Source: a virus (taxonomy: Duplodnaviria; Caudoviricetes). From it: a stretch of 29,720 nucleotides of DNA. Positions 1 to 8,136 of the stretch are shown in pieces. The first letter of the stretch is position 1. Every line of letters starts with the position of its first letter. The DNA is taken from positions 1 through 29,720 of IMG/VR virus record IMGVR_UViG_3300010052_000155. One strand, 5' to 3'. The notes under the pieces are model-generated. The model searched no databases. It was not told the DNA's origin and saw only the letters and a program-made list of their open reading frames with translations. The translations under genes were made by a program, and so were the position numbers.

Positions 1-399
1 CTGCAGCGCCCCTCCGTAGACGACGGTTTTGTTGTTGTTGGAATCGAGGTGGAGGATTGGACCGGTTCCGGCTCCATCCTCCGTGTTGATGACGACGTCT
101 CCCTTGCTCTGCAGGATCGCCCGACCGTTCGCGGCGTCGTATGACAGATGAACGTCGTTGGGCGACGTGCCAACTGAGACACTTCCGCTCAGGACGATGC
201 TTGTCCCGTTGATAGTCCCGGTGAACGTGTCGCCGGCCTTCAGCGCGTACGCGGAAAGATCCGGTTCCGGAATGTCCGTCCATCCGGTCTGACCGGTTCC
301 GGCGTTCAGAAGGATCAGAGCCTGGTTGACCACGCCGACGGTGTTCGGCGCGATGAGCGGCCGGGCGTCGCCTGGCTCCATCCCTTGCATCGGCGTCAT
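1..399 (-). CDS. Tail-fibre/virion-appendage-like protein, N-terminal 133 aa (runs off the left edge of the window)
   Basis: Not in the ORF track; translated by hand from ATG at 399, which abuts the stop of the 400-624 gene: MTPMQGMEPGDARPLIAPNTVGVVNQALILLNAGTGQTGWTDIPEPDLSAYALKAGDTFTGTING... open to position 1. The Y-x-x-K-x-G-D-T-x-T-G motif is typical of phage tail fibres; Gly/Thr/Asn/Ser-rich. Confidence 0.65.
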   Translation of the reverse strand, partial: MTPMQGMEPGDARPLIAPNTVGVVNQALILLNAGTGQTGWTDIPEPDLSAYALKAGDTFTGTINGTSIVLSGSVSVGTSPNDVHLSYDAANGRAILQSKGDVVINTEDGAGTGPILHLDSNNNKTVVYGGALQ

Positions 400-624
400 C
401 TATCGGCCCCCGGCGACGTGAAGTTCGGGCGTCGGCGCCAGAGTCGGCTGCGGATCATCGCGGCCGAAAAGTTTGTCCTCGATTCGTTCGACCGATCGAT
501 CGATCCGGTCGACTCGAGTCACGACGCAACCCATTTGGAAGATGACATAGGCGGACGTCGACGCAGCGCCGCCAAAAGCGACCGCGGCTCCGACAATCGC
601 TTCTTTCGTCCAGCCTTTGAACAT
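400..624 (-). CDS. Small single-TM membrane protein with short coiled coil (holin/XhlA-like candidate)
   Basis: 74 aa; hydrophobic N-terminal segment (AIVGAAVAFGGAASTSAYVIF) followed by heptad-like VDRIDRSVERIEDKLF. Function inferred from shape only. Confidence 0.55.
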   Translation of the reverse strand: MFKGWTKEAIVGAAVAFGGAASTSAYVIFQMGCVVTRVDRIDRSVERIEDKLFGRDDPQPTLAPTPELHVAGGR

Positions 625-667
625 GGTTCGCAGACGCTACGCCGCCGGCGGAAATCCCGTCGACCGG

Positions 668-696
668 GGATAACCGCCGGGGAGTTTTCAGGCGGC
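668..696 (-). repeat. Left copy of 29-bp inverted repeat (partner 8066-8094)
   Basis: Minus strand GCCGCCTGAAAACTCCCCGGCGGTTATCC versus plus strand 8066-8094 GCCGCGTGAAAACTCCGCGGCGGTTATCC: 27/29 identical. Confidence 0.9.
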
Positions 697-972
697 CGGC
701 GCTTCCGGTTCCGCCGGCGGAACGAAATGCAACGTGCGGTCCGTCCGGAACTGGCCGCAATCGACGCACTCGACGCGGTGCATCACGATCAGGTTGAACG
801 GGCAATCGCCGTGAAACTGAATCGTCGGTTGCGGTAGCTCGGTCATTTTGTCGTGAACCTTTCGGCGCGTGGACTTGCAGGCGGGGCATCGCGAGGGGAT
901 CCCCAAGCCTTTCCCGTAGTCTCGATTCGGGCCGCGGACTTTCGGCGGTGCGGGTTTTGCGGGCCGGTTCAT
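688..972 (-). CDS. Zn-ribbon protein (CxxC...CxxC), Ogr/Delta-like late activator candidate
   Basis: True start is probably ATG 972, overlapping the terL stop (ATGA). 94 aa with CPAC and CVDC pairs. The 216-aa version in the ORF track is an over-extension into terL. Confidence 0.7.
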   Translation of the reverse strand: MNRPAKPAPPKVRGPNRDYGKGLGIPSRCPACKSTRRKVHDKMTELPQPTIQFHGDCPFNLIVMHRVECVDCGQFRTDRTLHFVPPAEPEAPAA

Positions 973-3263
973 AGGTAGGAAACCCTTTCGCGTTGGCGCT
1001 TCTTCGGCGCGTTGACGGATCCGCCTGGGGCGGCGAGTCGGACGCCGCACACTGAGGCGGCGACAGCAGCTCCGACGATGCAATCGAAATAGTGGTTTTG
1101 ACGGGCGGGGATCTTTCGCCACACGTCGACGCGGCGGTTCCCGGTGACTGGCTCCGGCAGTTCGCTCGTCAAATGCTCGGACAGGAAGTCGTGCCGATCC
1201 TTCGCGTCGACGCCGTAGAACGACAGCGATCCCGGATCCCCGCGGTCGGTGAGAAGCCGGCGGGCGGTGAAAGACTTCCAGTGGTAAGTATCGAAAATCA
1301 GGTGCATTCCGGACCGTGAACGGCCGCGGATCAGCCATTCGTCGGGGGAAATGTGTTCGCCTGGCTTCGCGCGGTAGGCGGAAATCGGAACCTGATTCGC
1401 GTCGCAGGTCCGGCCGAACGACGGCATGAGAACGGTTCGGTGTTTCGACTCACGAATCGCCCGCCGGACAACGGCCGAATTGAATCCGCAGTCGATCAGG
1501 CAGCGTGTGAGCCGGAGTTTGACGCCGTCCTCGCGCTCGTAATCGGCGTCCGCGAGCTGCTCGGATAACGCCTGCAGGCCGGCGTAAATCGCCCCGTCGG
1601 GGCCGCGGCTCGGATAGTTCTCCTGCAGGGTGGGCCGGAAGTTCTTCTCGGTGAAATGGGCCCGGGGCGATTTCGGGAACGTGCCGTAGTCGATGACGGT
1701 CCCGGTGAAGTCGGGTTCCCACGCGCAGAGCATCCAGTAAAGGACTTTTTGGTGGACGTCGATGAAGCCTGTGACGTGCTGCGTCCCCTGGGGGAGAATG
1801 AGACGCTTGAAGCCGGAGATTTTCCGGGACAGCTTCGCGGCCTCGAGCTGCAGGCCGTCGCCCTCGCCTGGGGGGAGTGGATCGTTGTTGTATTCCGTGG
1901 CGAACCCTTCCGGGCCCATCTGGAAAAACAGGTTCATCGCGTGTTGGACCGGGCCCAATTCGTCGGCGTCGAATCGGTGCGGGTTCCCGACGACGGCGCC
2001 ATCGTCCATCGCCTCGCGGTTCGCCTTATAGAATCGGGTCGCCCGCTTGTACGGTTCCTCGCAATCGTCGTTGCGCAGATCTTCGCGGACGATCTCGAAG
2101 TATTGCTCCCAAAGCTCGAGGGCGGCTTTCGAGGGGAACGTCGGGAGCATCTTGCCGCGGCGTGACTTCCATTCCGGGTGGCGGTTCTTGTCGAGCAAAC
2201 GGTCGGCGAGGTCGCCCGCTTCAATGACGGTGCAGGCGCAGAGGGCGGACATGCGTTTGCCCTGGGGAGCGCAACCGAGAAGGTCGGCGGTCAGGATCTT
2301 CTCGCGGGTGTTGGTCTGATCGGGGGACGCTGCGGACTCGCGGGTTTGCGGGTCGTCGATCAGAACAAGCGACGGCCGGAGAACCTTCCCGCCTTTCTGC
2401 AGGTGCTTGGCTCCGCGGGTGGCGCTCATCAGTCCGCAAGAGGCGATGATCGCTCCGCTCGAGGGCGAACCGGGGATCGTCGGCAGGATCAGTTTGCGGC
2501 GGGTGAACCGGATCGCGGTTCTCAGGCCGTTGACCGTCTGACCTTTCGCCCGGTTGTGGATCCCTCCAAGAGCGCGGATCGCAAAGCAGACTTCCGGGAA
2601 ATCTTCGTTGAGCCGCTCATTGGTCTCGAGCGTGGTCACGAGGTCGGCGAGCGCGTCGTTTCCCTTCTCGTCGGTCGCGTGAACCAGCATCGAAAACGCG
2701 TGGTATCCGTACAGGGTCGCCCACACGAGCGCCCGTTCGGCGCGGACGGACTTTCCGTCGCCGCGGGGCTCCGCGAACGCCTGCAGGCTCCCCTGCAAAA
2801 CGGTTGTCTGGATCCCCTTGATCTCGGCTTCCTGGTCGGGCGAGAACGGCCGGAAGAACACGTCGGGGAAATACTCGAGATAAAACGCCTTCAGGTCGCG
2901 CCGGCATCGCTCGCGGCGTTCCGGATTGACGACGGGAGGGACCGGGCCGATCTCGCGGGCGGCCGACGATTGTTTCCTCGAGCGGTCCGCCATCCGTTGA
3001 CGGTGGCGATCGCCGGCGTCGGCGGCTTTGACCTGGGCCGCGTTGTTTTGCGATCGGGCGCGAGCGGAAACGATCACGTCGCGCAGCGTGGCGAGCTGGG
3101 CTTTCGTGGCCGTCGCCTGCAGTCGTTCGATATCGAACCCGGTCCCTGCCCGTTCGGCCGCCTTCTCGAGCGCTTTAGTTTGCGCTGGGTTTGCGGCTTC
3201 GCGCAGTGCGGTCCAGAACGCGGAGAACGTCCGCGAAGGGGTCGCCCGTTTTGGTTTCGCCAT
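969..3263 (-). CDS. terL: Terminase large subunit (lambda GpA-type)
   Basis: 764 aa; Walker A-like AEPRGDGKS, Walker B-like LVLIDDPQT, nuclease motif GFIDVHQK, C-terminal NHYFDC motif typical of GpA-family terminases. Confidence 0.93.
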   Translation of the reverse strand: MAKPKRATPSRTFSAFWTALREAANPAQTKALEKAAERAGTGFDIERLQATATKAQLATLRDVIVSARARSQNNAAQVKAADAGDRHRQRMADRSRKQSSAAREIGPVPPVVNPERRERCRRDLKAFYLEYFPDVFFRPFSPDQEAEIKGIQTTVLQGSLQAFAEPRGDGKSVRAERALVWATLYGYHAFSMLVHATDEKGNDALADLVTTLETNERLNEDFPEVCFAIRALGGIHNRAKGQTVNGLRTAIRFTRRKLILPTIPGSPSSGAIIASCGLMSATRGAKHLQKGGKVLRPSLVLIDDPQTRESAASPDQTNTREKILTADLLGCAPQGKRMSALCACTVIEAGDLADRLLDKNRHPEWKSRRGKMLPTFPSKAALELWEQYFEIVREDLRNDDCEEPYKRATRFYKANREAMDDGAVVGNPHRFDADELGPVQHAMNLFFQMGPEGFATEYNNDPLPPGEGDGLQLEAAKLSRKISGFKRLILPQGTQHVTGFIDVHQKVLYWMLCAWEPDFTGTVIDYGTFPKSPRAHFTEKNFRPTLQENYPSRGPDGAIYAGLQALSEQLADADYEREDGVKLRLTRCLIDCGFNSAVVRRAIRESKHRTVLMPSFGRTCDANQVPISAYRAKPGEHISPDEWLIRGRSRSGMHLIFDTYHWKSFTARRLLTDRGDPGSLSFYGVDAKDRHDFLSEHLTSELPEPVTGNRRVDVWRKIPARQNHYFDCIVGAAVAASVCGVRLAAPGGSVNAPKKRQRERVSYL

Positions 3264-3561
3264 CCGTGGCGGTATCCAGTTCCGTCAGCAGCTTCCGAAT
3301 CAACGGAACAAGCTGCATCTGTGCGCGGAATTCCGGGGCGGGCTCCTGCTTTCGCAAGACTCCCTTGTCGTCCCGGATCTCGCTGATTTGCCCGTTTTTA
3401 TTGAGTGAGTCCGTCACGCGAACGAACTGCAGAAACAACTGCGCGGCCTGGGCCGCGGCTGACTCTCCGCGAAACTCTTTCGAGACCTCGAGGGTCTCGA
3501 CGATCGCATCCCAAAACGGCCGCGCGTCTTTCGTCAGCCAATCAGGGGGTTCCCGCTTCAT
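3175..3561 (-). CDS. terS: Terminase small subunit (P27-family-like)
   Basis: Start ATG 3561 (ATGA overlap with the upstream gene), 128 aa; PPDWL..DARPFW..IV..L N-terminus, L.KNG middle and PAPE...Q...IRKLLTEL C-terminus resemble P27/HK97-type TerS; directly upstream of terL. Confidence 0.75.
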   Translation of the reverse strand: MKREPPDWLTKDARPFWDAIVETLEVSKEFRGESAAAQAAQLFLQFVRVTDSLNKNGQISEIRDDKGVLRKQEPAPEFRAQMQLVPLIRKLLTELDTATDGETKTGDPFADVLRVLDRTARSRKPSAN

Positions 3562-3773
3562 GCCGGCGGCTGTAAGACCTTTTCCGCGGGCTCGTCTAGT
3601 CGATCTTCCGGCGGAAGTTCGTCGGCGAACTTTTTGAGGACATCGGCGACGACGTCTTTCAGGTGTCGCCGGCGGGCGGCGGCGTGGCGATCCAAACGGA
3701 GCATCGTCGCGATCGGGAGAGTGATCGTGTACGGCTTCCGGGTTTTTGGGGTGACTGCTGTTGACGGCTGCAT
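3558..3773 (-). CDS. Ribbon-helix-helix DNA-binding protein
   Basis: 71 aa from ATG 3773; beta strand KPYTITLP then helices IATMLRLDRHAAA and LKDVVADVLKKF, the CopG/Arc pattern; coupled to terS. Confidence 0.65.
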   Translation of the reverse strand: MQPSTAVTPKTRKPYTITLPIATMLRLDRHAAARRRHLKDVVADVLKKFADELPPEDRLDEPAEKVLQPPA

Positions 3774-3896
3774 GACCTTGGCGCTCCAGTGGGTTTCGCA
3801 TGACCGGGGGCCGGCAGGGATGCTGCCTCTACAAGCGGGCCCGCACGGATGGCAAACGGGAACGCCTGTCTTTTCACGCATGACGCGTGCCGCTGA

Positions 3897-4490
3897 ATGA
3901 ACCTCCAGGACGGGGATTTATTGGCCTGCTACGGCGGTGATCGCGCGGCTCGCGCAATCTCCGTTGTCACGGCGTCGGTTTTCGCGCCGCGTGGTCTGCG
4001 TCTCGGTCCCTCTCACGTCGGGATCGTTCTCGGTTCCTACCTCTACGAATCGACAACGCTTTGCGATGAGCCCTGCGTTGTGGCTGGCCGCCGCGTTTCC
4101 GGTGTGCAGGCCCACTATCCGAAATCGCGGATCGATTCCTACGTCAATGGTGGTGGCCGCGTCCAGACTTATCGTCTGACGGATCCTTGGCGGCTCTCGC
4201 CGGCGAGTTTGCGGCATTTGTGGGCGATCGTCGATGTGATGATCGCGCAGGGGACGCCTTACGACACGCCCGGGGCTGCTCTTTCGGGGGCTCGACTCTA
4301 TCAGCGGTCGCGGAAGTTTCCGGCGGCCGATTTCCGGCGGTTCTTCTGCTCTGAATTGGTCGCCTTGCTGCTGCAGGTGTCCGGCCGGCTCGACGTCGAG
4401 AATCCAACCCGGTTCAACCCGGGGAAGCTGTTGCGGCGGCTCGTGTCGACGGGTGTCTATCAGCTCGTGGGTGAAAGGGCTTCTCGATGA
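3897..4490 (+). CDS. Permuted papain-like (NlpC/P60, YiiX/YaeF, C92-like) amidase
   Basis: LQDGDLL N-terminus, SHVGI (catalytic His) before FFCSELV (catalytic Cys), GTPYD motif: the permuted NlpC/P60 order. Confidence 0.85.
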   Translation: MNLQDGDLLACYGGDRAARAISVVTASVFAPRGLRLGPSHVGIVLGSYLYESTTLCDEPCVVAGRRVSGVQAHYPKSRIDSYVNGGGRVQTYRLTDPWRLSPASLRHLWAIVDVMIAQGTPYDTPGAALSGARLYQRSRKFPAADFRRFFCSELVALLLQVSGRLDVENPTRFNPGKLLRRLVSTGVYQLVGERASR

Positions 4491-5683
4491 CGCCGTCTCT
4501 GAGTCGATTCCGCCGGCGGGCGGCTGATGAACTGATCATTTTCGCCGTGCTGGCGCTGGCTCTGACGCTCGCGAAAGGCGTCGTCTCCGTGGGTGGGAGC
4601 GTGTTCGCTGGCGACGGCCGGGTTTGCCTGGACGTCTGGTCGCCCGGCGACTGCATCCGATGCGAGGCGTTCGCCGATTGCTTGAAGCGGGATCCGCAGT
4701 TTCGGGCGGCGCTCGAGGCGAAATTCGTCGTCAACGGGCCGGTTTTGGTCGGCAAACATCATTCACACGCCCGGAACCGTGGCGTTCTCGAGGGGCCGTT
4801 TCCGGTGTTCGACCGGGGCCCACAATTCCCGCTCGTGTTCGGATTCGAGTCGCGCGAGAAACTGCTGATCGCCCTCGGCTGTATTCCGGGACGGAATATC
4901 GCACCGGTACCAGCTCCGGCGCCGTTGCCGCTGCCGCCGGCGGTGAATCTGGTACCAGAACAGTCCGGCGAGTTCGCAAAGCAGCTCGAGGCACTCCGGA
5001 AACGGCTCGATGAAGGGCTTTCCGAAACCGTCGACGCGACGCCGATTGTCGACGCGCTCGACAAGCGGGTCGGCGAGCGCCTGGCCGCCGGCTCGAAAGA
5101 CCAGCTCGAGCGGATCCTTGCCGAACTGCGGGCGTCTGAAACCCGGAATCGCGGCTCGGTCGGTTCCGTTCTCGAGAAGATCGAACGGATCGAACGGCTA
5201 CCGCCGGCGATCGTCTCGCTCGCGCCGCCGGCCAAAGTGCCGGCCGTGATCAAGCCGGAGGAACTGAGCGTCAAACTGTTCGGTTTCTCGCTTTCAATGG
5301 TTCAGTTCCTCGCCGGCATCGGTCTGACCGGCGCCGGCGGCGTGGGCGTTCCGCTCCTGGCCGCGAAGGCGATCGCGTTTTTGTGGCGACGCCGGCGGGA
5401 ACGGAAGGCGGCCGGCGGATCCTCGCCGACGGGATCTTCCGCGAACGCCGGCGACGTCCCTCGAGGGAAGGGCTACGGGATCCCGGTCGCGATCGACTCG
5501 CCGATCCCTGATCCGCTCGTGTTGACCGAAAAGCATTATCAGGCCGTGGAAGTCGACACGCACCGAAAGGCGTTCGATTGGGCCTGCGATGAAGTCGTCC
5601 GTAAACAGCCCGGGGCGGTCGACCTGCTCTCTCAACTCCGGGGATTGATCCAGCAAGCTCTGCCAGTGAAGGGGAAGAAATGA
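4487..5683 (+). CDS. Membrane protein with thioredoxin-like CxxC domain, Pro-rich linker, coiled coil and second TM segment
   Basis: 398 aa; N-terminal hydrophobic helix, VWSPGDCIRC followed later by PFPVF (cis-Pro-like), PAPAPLPLPP linker, C-terminal Gly-rich TM ending WRRRRERK; ATGA-coupled on both sides. Confidence 0.65.
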   Translation: MTPSLSRFRRRAADELIIFAVLALALTLAKGVVSVGGSVFAGDGRVCLDVWSPGDCIRCEAFADCLKRDPQFRAALEAKFVVNGPVLVGKHHSHARNRGVLEGPFPVFDRGPQFPLVFGFESREKLLIALGCIPGRNIAPVPAPAPLPLPPAVNLVPEQSGEFAKQLEALRKRLDEGLSETVDATPIVDALDKRVGERLAAGSKDQLERILAELRASETRNRGSVGSVLEKIERIERLPPAIVSLAPPAKVPAVIKPEELSVKLFGFSLSMVQFLAGIGLTGAGGVGVPLLAAKAIAFLWRRRRERKAAGGSSPTGSSANAGDVPRGKGYGIPVAIDSPIPDPLVLTEKHYQAVEVDTHRKAFDWACDEVVRKQPGAVDLLSQLRGLIQQALPVKGKK

Positions 5684-6492
5684 TTTCAGGCCACGACGCG
5701 TTCCTCCATTACAACGTGGGCGATTGGGAAAACTACGGGCTCGCCATCCCGAATTTCGGGAACGATCCCGACTCCCAAAACTCGACGGTTCGCTACCTCG
5801 TCGAAGTGACCGGCCGCAACCTGCAGGCCGTCATGTGGCAACCGGACGCGATGTTGCGATCGGTCCCGACGATCAACACGCTGACGCGCCTGCACAAGCT
5901 CTGCACGCGGGCCCGGTCGATCCTGTCTTCCCGGGCGGTTCCGCCTGGGAAACTGAACATGGAATCGGCACACGCCATTCCGGCCCGCGAGGACTTCCTC
6001 GTCTTCCCGGTTCCTTATTTCAAGGTGCGGAACGGCTGGCTGAAGGAATACGCCGGCCTTGTCCTGACCGGCCTCACGGATGCGATGCAGCATCAGGAGA
6101 ACGCGCGGCCGCTCGAGATTTCGACGGACTTCGCGTCGGCGTTCGGCCAGTATTTCCAGCGGATCTATATCCGGATGTGCGTCGAGCTGCTGCGGATTCC
6201 GCAGGCCGACGCGGAACAGCCCGATTTCACGCTCACTCAAGAGCAACTGTCGGCCTACAACCCGTCGCTCTACTTCACGTCGACCGAACTGATCGACACG
6301 GTTCCGCGCGAGTTTGATCGGCCGACGGAAGACGATCTCGAGGTTCTGACGAACGGAATCCCCTGCTCTGTGCTGCCGAAGCTCAACCGCTATCCGGCCG
6401 GGAATTCGATGGTCGGTTCGGCCTCGAGCGGCTCGACGGCCGTGAAGGCGGCCGGCGACGGAGCTCGGTTCTTCGCTCCCCCTGGCGTTTGA
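5680..6492 (+). CDS. Hypothetical protein (270 aa)
   Basis: Globular composition, SD-like AAGGGG, ATGA overlap with the upstream gene; no motif recognised. Confidence 0.75.
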   Translation: MISGHDAFLHYNVGDWENYGLAIPNFGNDPDSQNSTVRYLVEVTGRNLQAVMWQPDAMLRSVPTINTLTRLHKLCTRARSILSSRAVPPGKLNMESAHAIPAREDFLVFPVPYFKVRNGWLKEYAGLVLTGLTDAMQHQENARPLEISTDFASAFGQYFQRIYIRMCVELLRIPQADAEQPDFTLTQEQLSAYNPSLYFTSTELIDTVPREFDRPTEDDLEVLTNGIPCSVLPKLNRYPAGNSMVGSASSGSTAVKAAGDGARFFAPPGV

Positions 6493-6508
6493 TTTCTTCC
6501 CTGGGCGC

Positions 6509-6545
6509 GCCGCGGCGGCGAGGGCTACGTCGCCGCGGCTCTTTT
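6509..6545 (+). terminator. Intrinsic terminator-like hairpin
   Basis: GCCGCGGCGGCG-AGGGCTA-CGTCGCCGCGGC stem-loop followed by TCTTTT. Confidence 0.65.
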
Positions 6546-6553
6546 GATTCGAA

Positions 6554-6590
6554 CGCCGTCACGGATGACGGCGGCTCCTGCAGGATGCGG
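6554..6590 (+). promoter_or_regulatory. Tandem CsrA-type GGA hairpins over the SNase ribosome-binding site
   Basis: CGCCGTC-ACGGAT-GACGGCG (7-bp stem, ANGGAN loop) and CTGC-AGGAT-GCGG, the latter 5 nt before ATG 6596. Confidence 0.7.
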
Positions 6591-6595
6591 ATTCG

Positions 6596-6985
6596 ATGGT
6601 TCCTCAACCCGGCGTGTGTCTCGATGCGGTCGTCGTCGACGTGATCGACGGCGACACGGTCCGCGTCGAAGTGAAACGGACGTTCGACGTTCGTCTCCTC
6701 GATTGCTGGTGTCCGGAGTCGCGCACGAAAGACGACGCCGAAAAGGCTCGAGGGCTCGCCGCGAAAGAGCGGACGAAAGCCCTCGTCGGCGGTCGCCTTG
6801 TTCGGGTTCTGATTCCCGCCGGCGATCCGACTCGGCTCCTCGACGTCACGACGTTCGGCCGGGTTCTCGGCCGGATCTTCGTCGACGGGAAGAACCTCGC
6901 GCAGCAGCTCGTCAAAGAAGGGCTCGCCGCGGTCTCGAAAGAGGATCAGGCGGCGATCTTCGGAAAGGGTCGTTACGACAAATGA
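6596..6985 (+). CDS. Thermonuclease (SNase-like) family nuclease
   Basis: VVDVIDGDTVRV, VRLLDCWCPE and FGRVLGRIFVDGKNLAQQLVKEGLA motifs; no signal peptide. Confidence 0.92.
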   Translation: MVPQPGVCLDAVVVDVIDGDTVRVEVKRTFDVRLLDCWCPESRTKDDAEKARGLAAKERTKALVGGRLVRVLIPAGDPTRLLDVTTFGRVLGRIFVDGKNLAQQLVKEGLAAVSKEDQAAIFGKGRYDK

Positions 6986-7242
6986 TCAAGGTTTCTCCGT
7001 TCCGGACGTCGCGGGATATCGCCCGGTCGGCCGGCATCAACCGGATCGAAACGGTCGGCCAACAAATCGCCGTTGCGCAGCTCGTTTTGTTGAGCGCGAC
7101 GGCGCCGGCGATCGCTCGCCGGCAACTCTCCGCAGCGTTCGAAGGATCCGCGCAGCCGCGGACCGTCGATCGTGAGTGTCCCGGGTGCGGGGCCGCGGTC
7201 CCCGACGGCCGCCCTGGTCGTCGCTGTCAGTCCTGTCGATAG
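6982..7242 (+). CDS. Small protein with HTH-like N-terminus and C-terminal Zn ribbon
   Basis: ATG 6982 (ATGA overlap), 86 aa; SRDIARSAGINRIETVGQ (HTH-like), CPGC and CQSC. Confidence 0.6.
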   Translation: MIKVSPFRTSRDIARSAGINRIETVGQQIAVAQLVLLSATAPAIARRQLSAAFEGSAQPRTVDRECPGCGAAVPDGRPGRRCQSCR

Positions 7243-7250
7243 GGTCATCC

Positions 7251-7490
7251 GTGAAAGCTCGTCTCATTCGCTGGTTTCTGACGGCCGTTCATTACTTCAT
7301 CCGGGCTCGCCTCGAGCGGATCCTTTGCGAAGCGGCGGCCGACGGGATCATCACGAAAGGCGACGTCGCCGAATTGTCGAACCGCCTGGATCCCGCGTGC
7401 CGGGCTCCGCGGCTCGTGTTCCGCCGGCTCTCCCCGGAAGAACTTCGGGGCCTCTTGAACTTTCCGCCGAAGAAGTTGGGGCCAAAATGA
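7251..7490 (+). CDS. Hypothetical protein (79 aa)
   Basis: GTG 7251 lies 8 nt after the previous stop; its TGA overlaps the next ATG. Confidence 0.55.
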   Translation: MKARLIRWFLTAVHYFIRARLERILCEAAADGIITKGDVAELSNRLDPACRAPRLVFRRLSPEELRGLLNFPPKKLGPK

Positions 7491-8074
7491 GTTCGCCAGA
7501 TGACGCGGGGCCCATCGTCCCGCGTCCCGAATGTCGATTCCCTCGAGCGGTCGATTCCGATGCGCAGCTCTCCGACGCTGTCGCGTGGGTCGCCTGGGCT
7601 AATGCTGAGGCCGAAGCGATCGACGCCGACGCGGAAAGGCGTTGCCAGACCATCAAGGCGGCGGCGGCCCGGCGTATCGCAAAATTGCGATCGGCCCGGA
7701 TCGACAATGCGGGCCTCCAGATTGATCGCTACGTCGTCCGGAATCGCCGGCGGCTCCTGGCCGACGGGAAGACGCTACGTCTCGCCGGCGGCGTGGTGCA
7801 GGTCCGCAGGGGCAACGAAGCGGTGGCGATCGTCGGCAAGGAATCGGAATCCGAAGTCGTCGACCGCATCGCGCAGGCAACGGGGGCCGATCGTGCGATT
7901 GCTGAAGCCCTCGAGGGCGCCGGCGCGGCGACCTGGCTCCGGGTGTCGCTGGCGCTCAATCGGGAACGAATCAAACGCGACGTGGGAAACGGTGTGATCG
8001 ACTCAAGCGCCCTCGCTACGCATCGACTGAAAATCGAGCGGCCCGAATCGATCCGCGTTTCCCGCGCCGCGTGA
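7487..8074 (+). CDS. gam: Mu Gam-like host-nuclease inhibitor (Ku-related DNA end-binding protein)
   Basis: ATG 7487, 195 aa; N-terminal coiled coil, Y...NR..LL.DGKTLRLAGGVVQVR (K-S/T-x-x-L-x-x-G-x-V-x-x-R of Gam) and LNRERIK near the C-terminus. Confidence 0.7.
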   Translation: MSSPDDAGPIVPRPECRFPRAVDSDAQLSDAVAWVAWANAEAEAIDADAERRCQTIKAAAARRIAKLRSARIDNAGLQIDRYVVRNRRRLLADGKTLRLAGGVVQVRRGNEAVAIVGKESESEVVDRIAQATGADRAIAEALEGAGAATWLRVSLALNRERIKRDVGNGVIDSSALATHRLKIERPESIRVSRAA

Positions 8075-8094
8075 AAACTCCGCGGCGGTTATCC
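8066..8094 (+). repeat. Right copy of 29-bp inverted repeat (partner 668-696)
   Basis: 27/29 identity to the minus-strand copy; includes the gam stop codon; internal dyad CGCCGCG-TGAAAACTC-CGCGGCG. Confidence 0.9.
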
Positions 8095-8136
8095 GGCGTC
8101 GGCTCGAGGCGGGCCGCTCCGTAGTCTCCGCGAATC

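Noticed and set aside
3774-3896. cos/pac site or sigma70 divergent promoters in the gap between the two late blocks
   Set aside because: Only short palindromes (GCGGGCCCGC; CACGC-ATGAC-GCGTG) and weak hexamers; cannot be supported without terminus or TSS data.
4487-4560. Tat signal or lipoprotein (spanin) signal in the CxxC membrane protein
   Set aside because: The Arg cluster does not match S/T-R-R-x-F-L-K and no lipobox Cys follows the hydrophobic helix.
7487-8074. Mu-like transposable phage identity suggested by Gam
   Set aside because: No DDE transposase or MuB in the window; the terminase, portal and iteron-bearing initiator are lambdoid in organisation.
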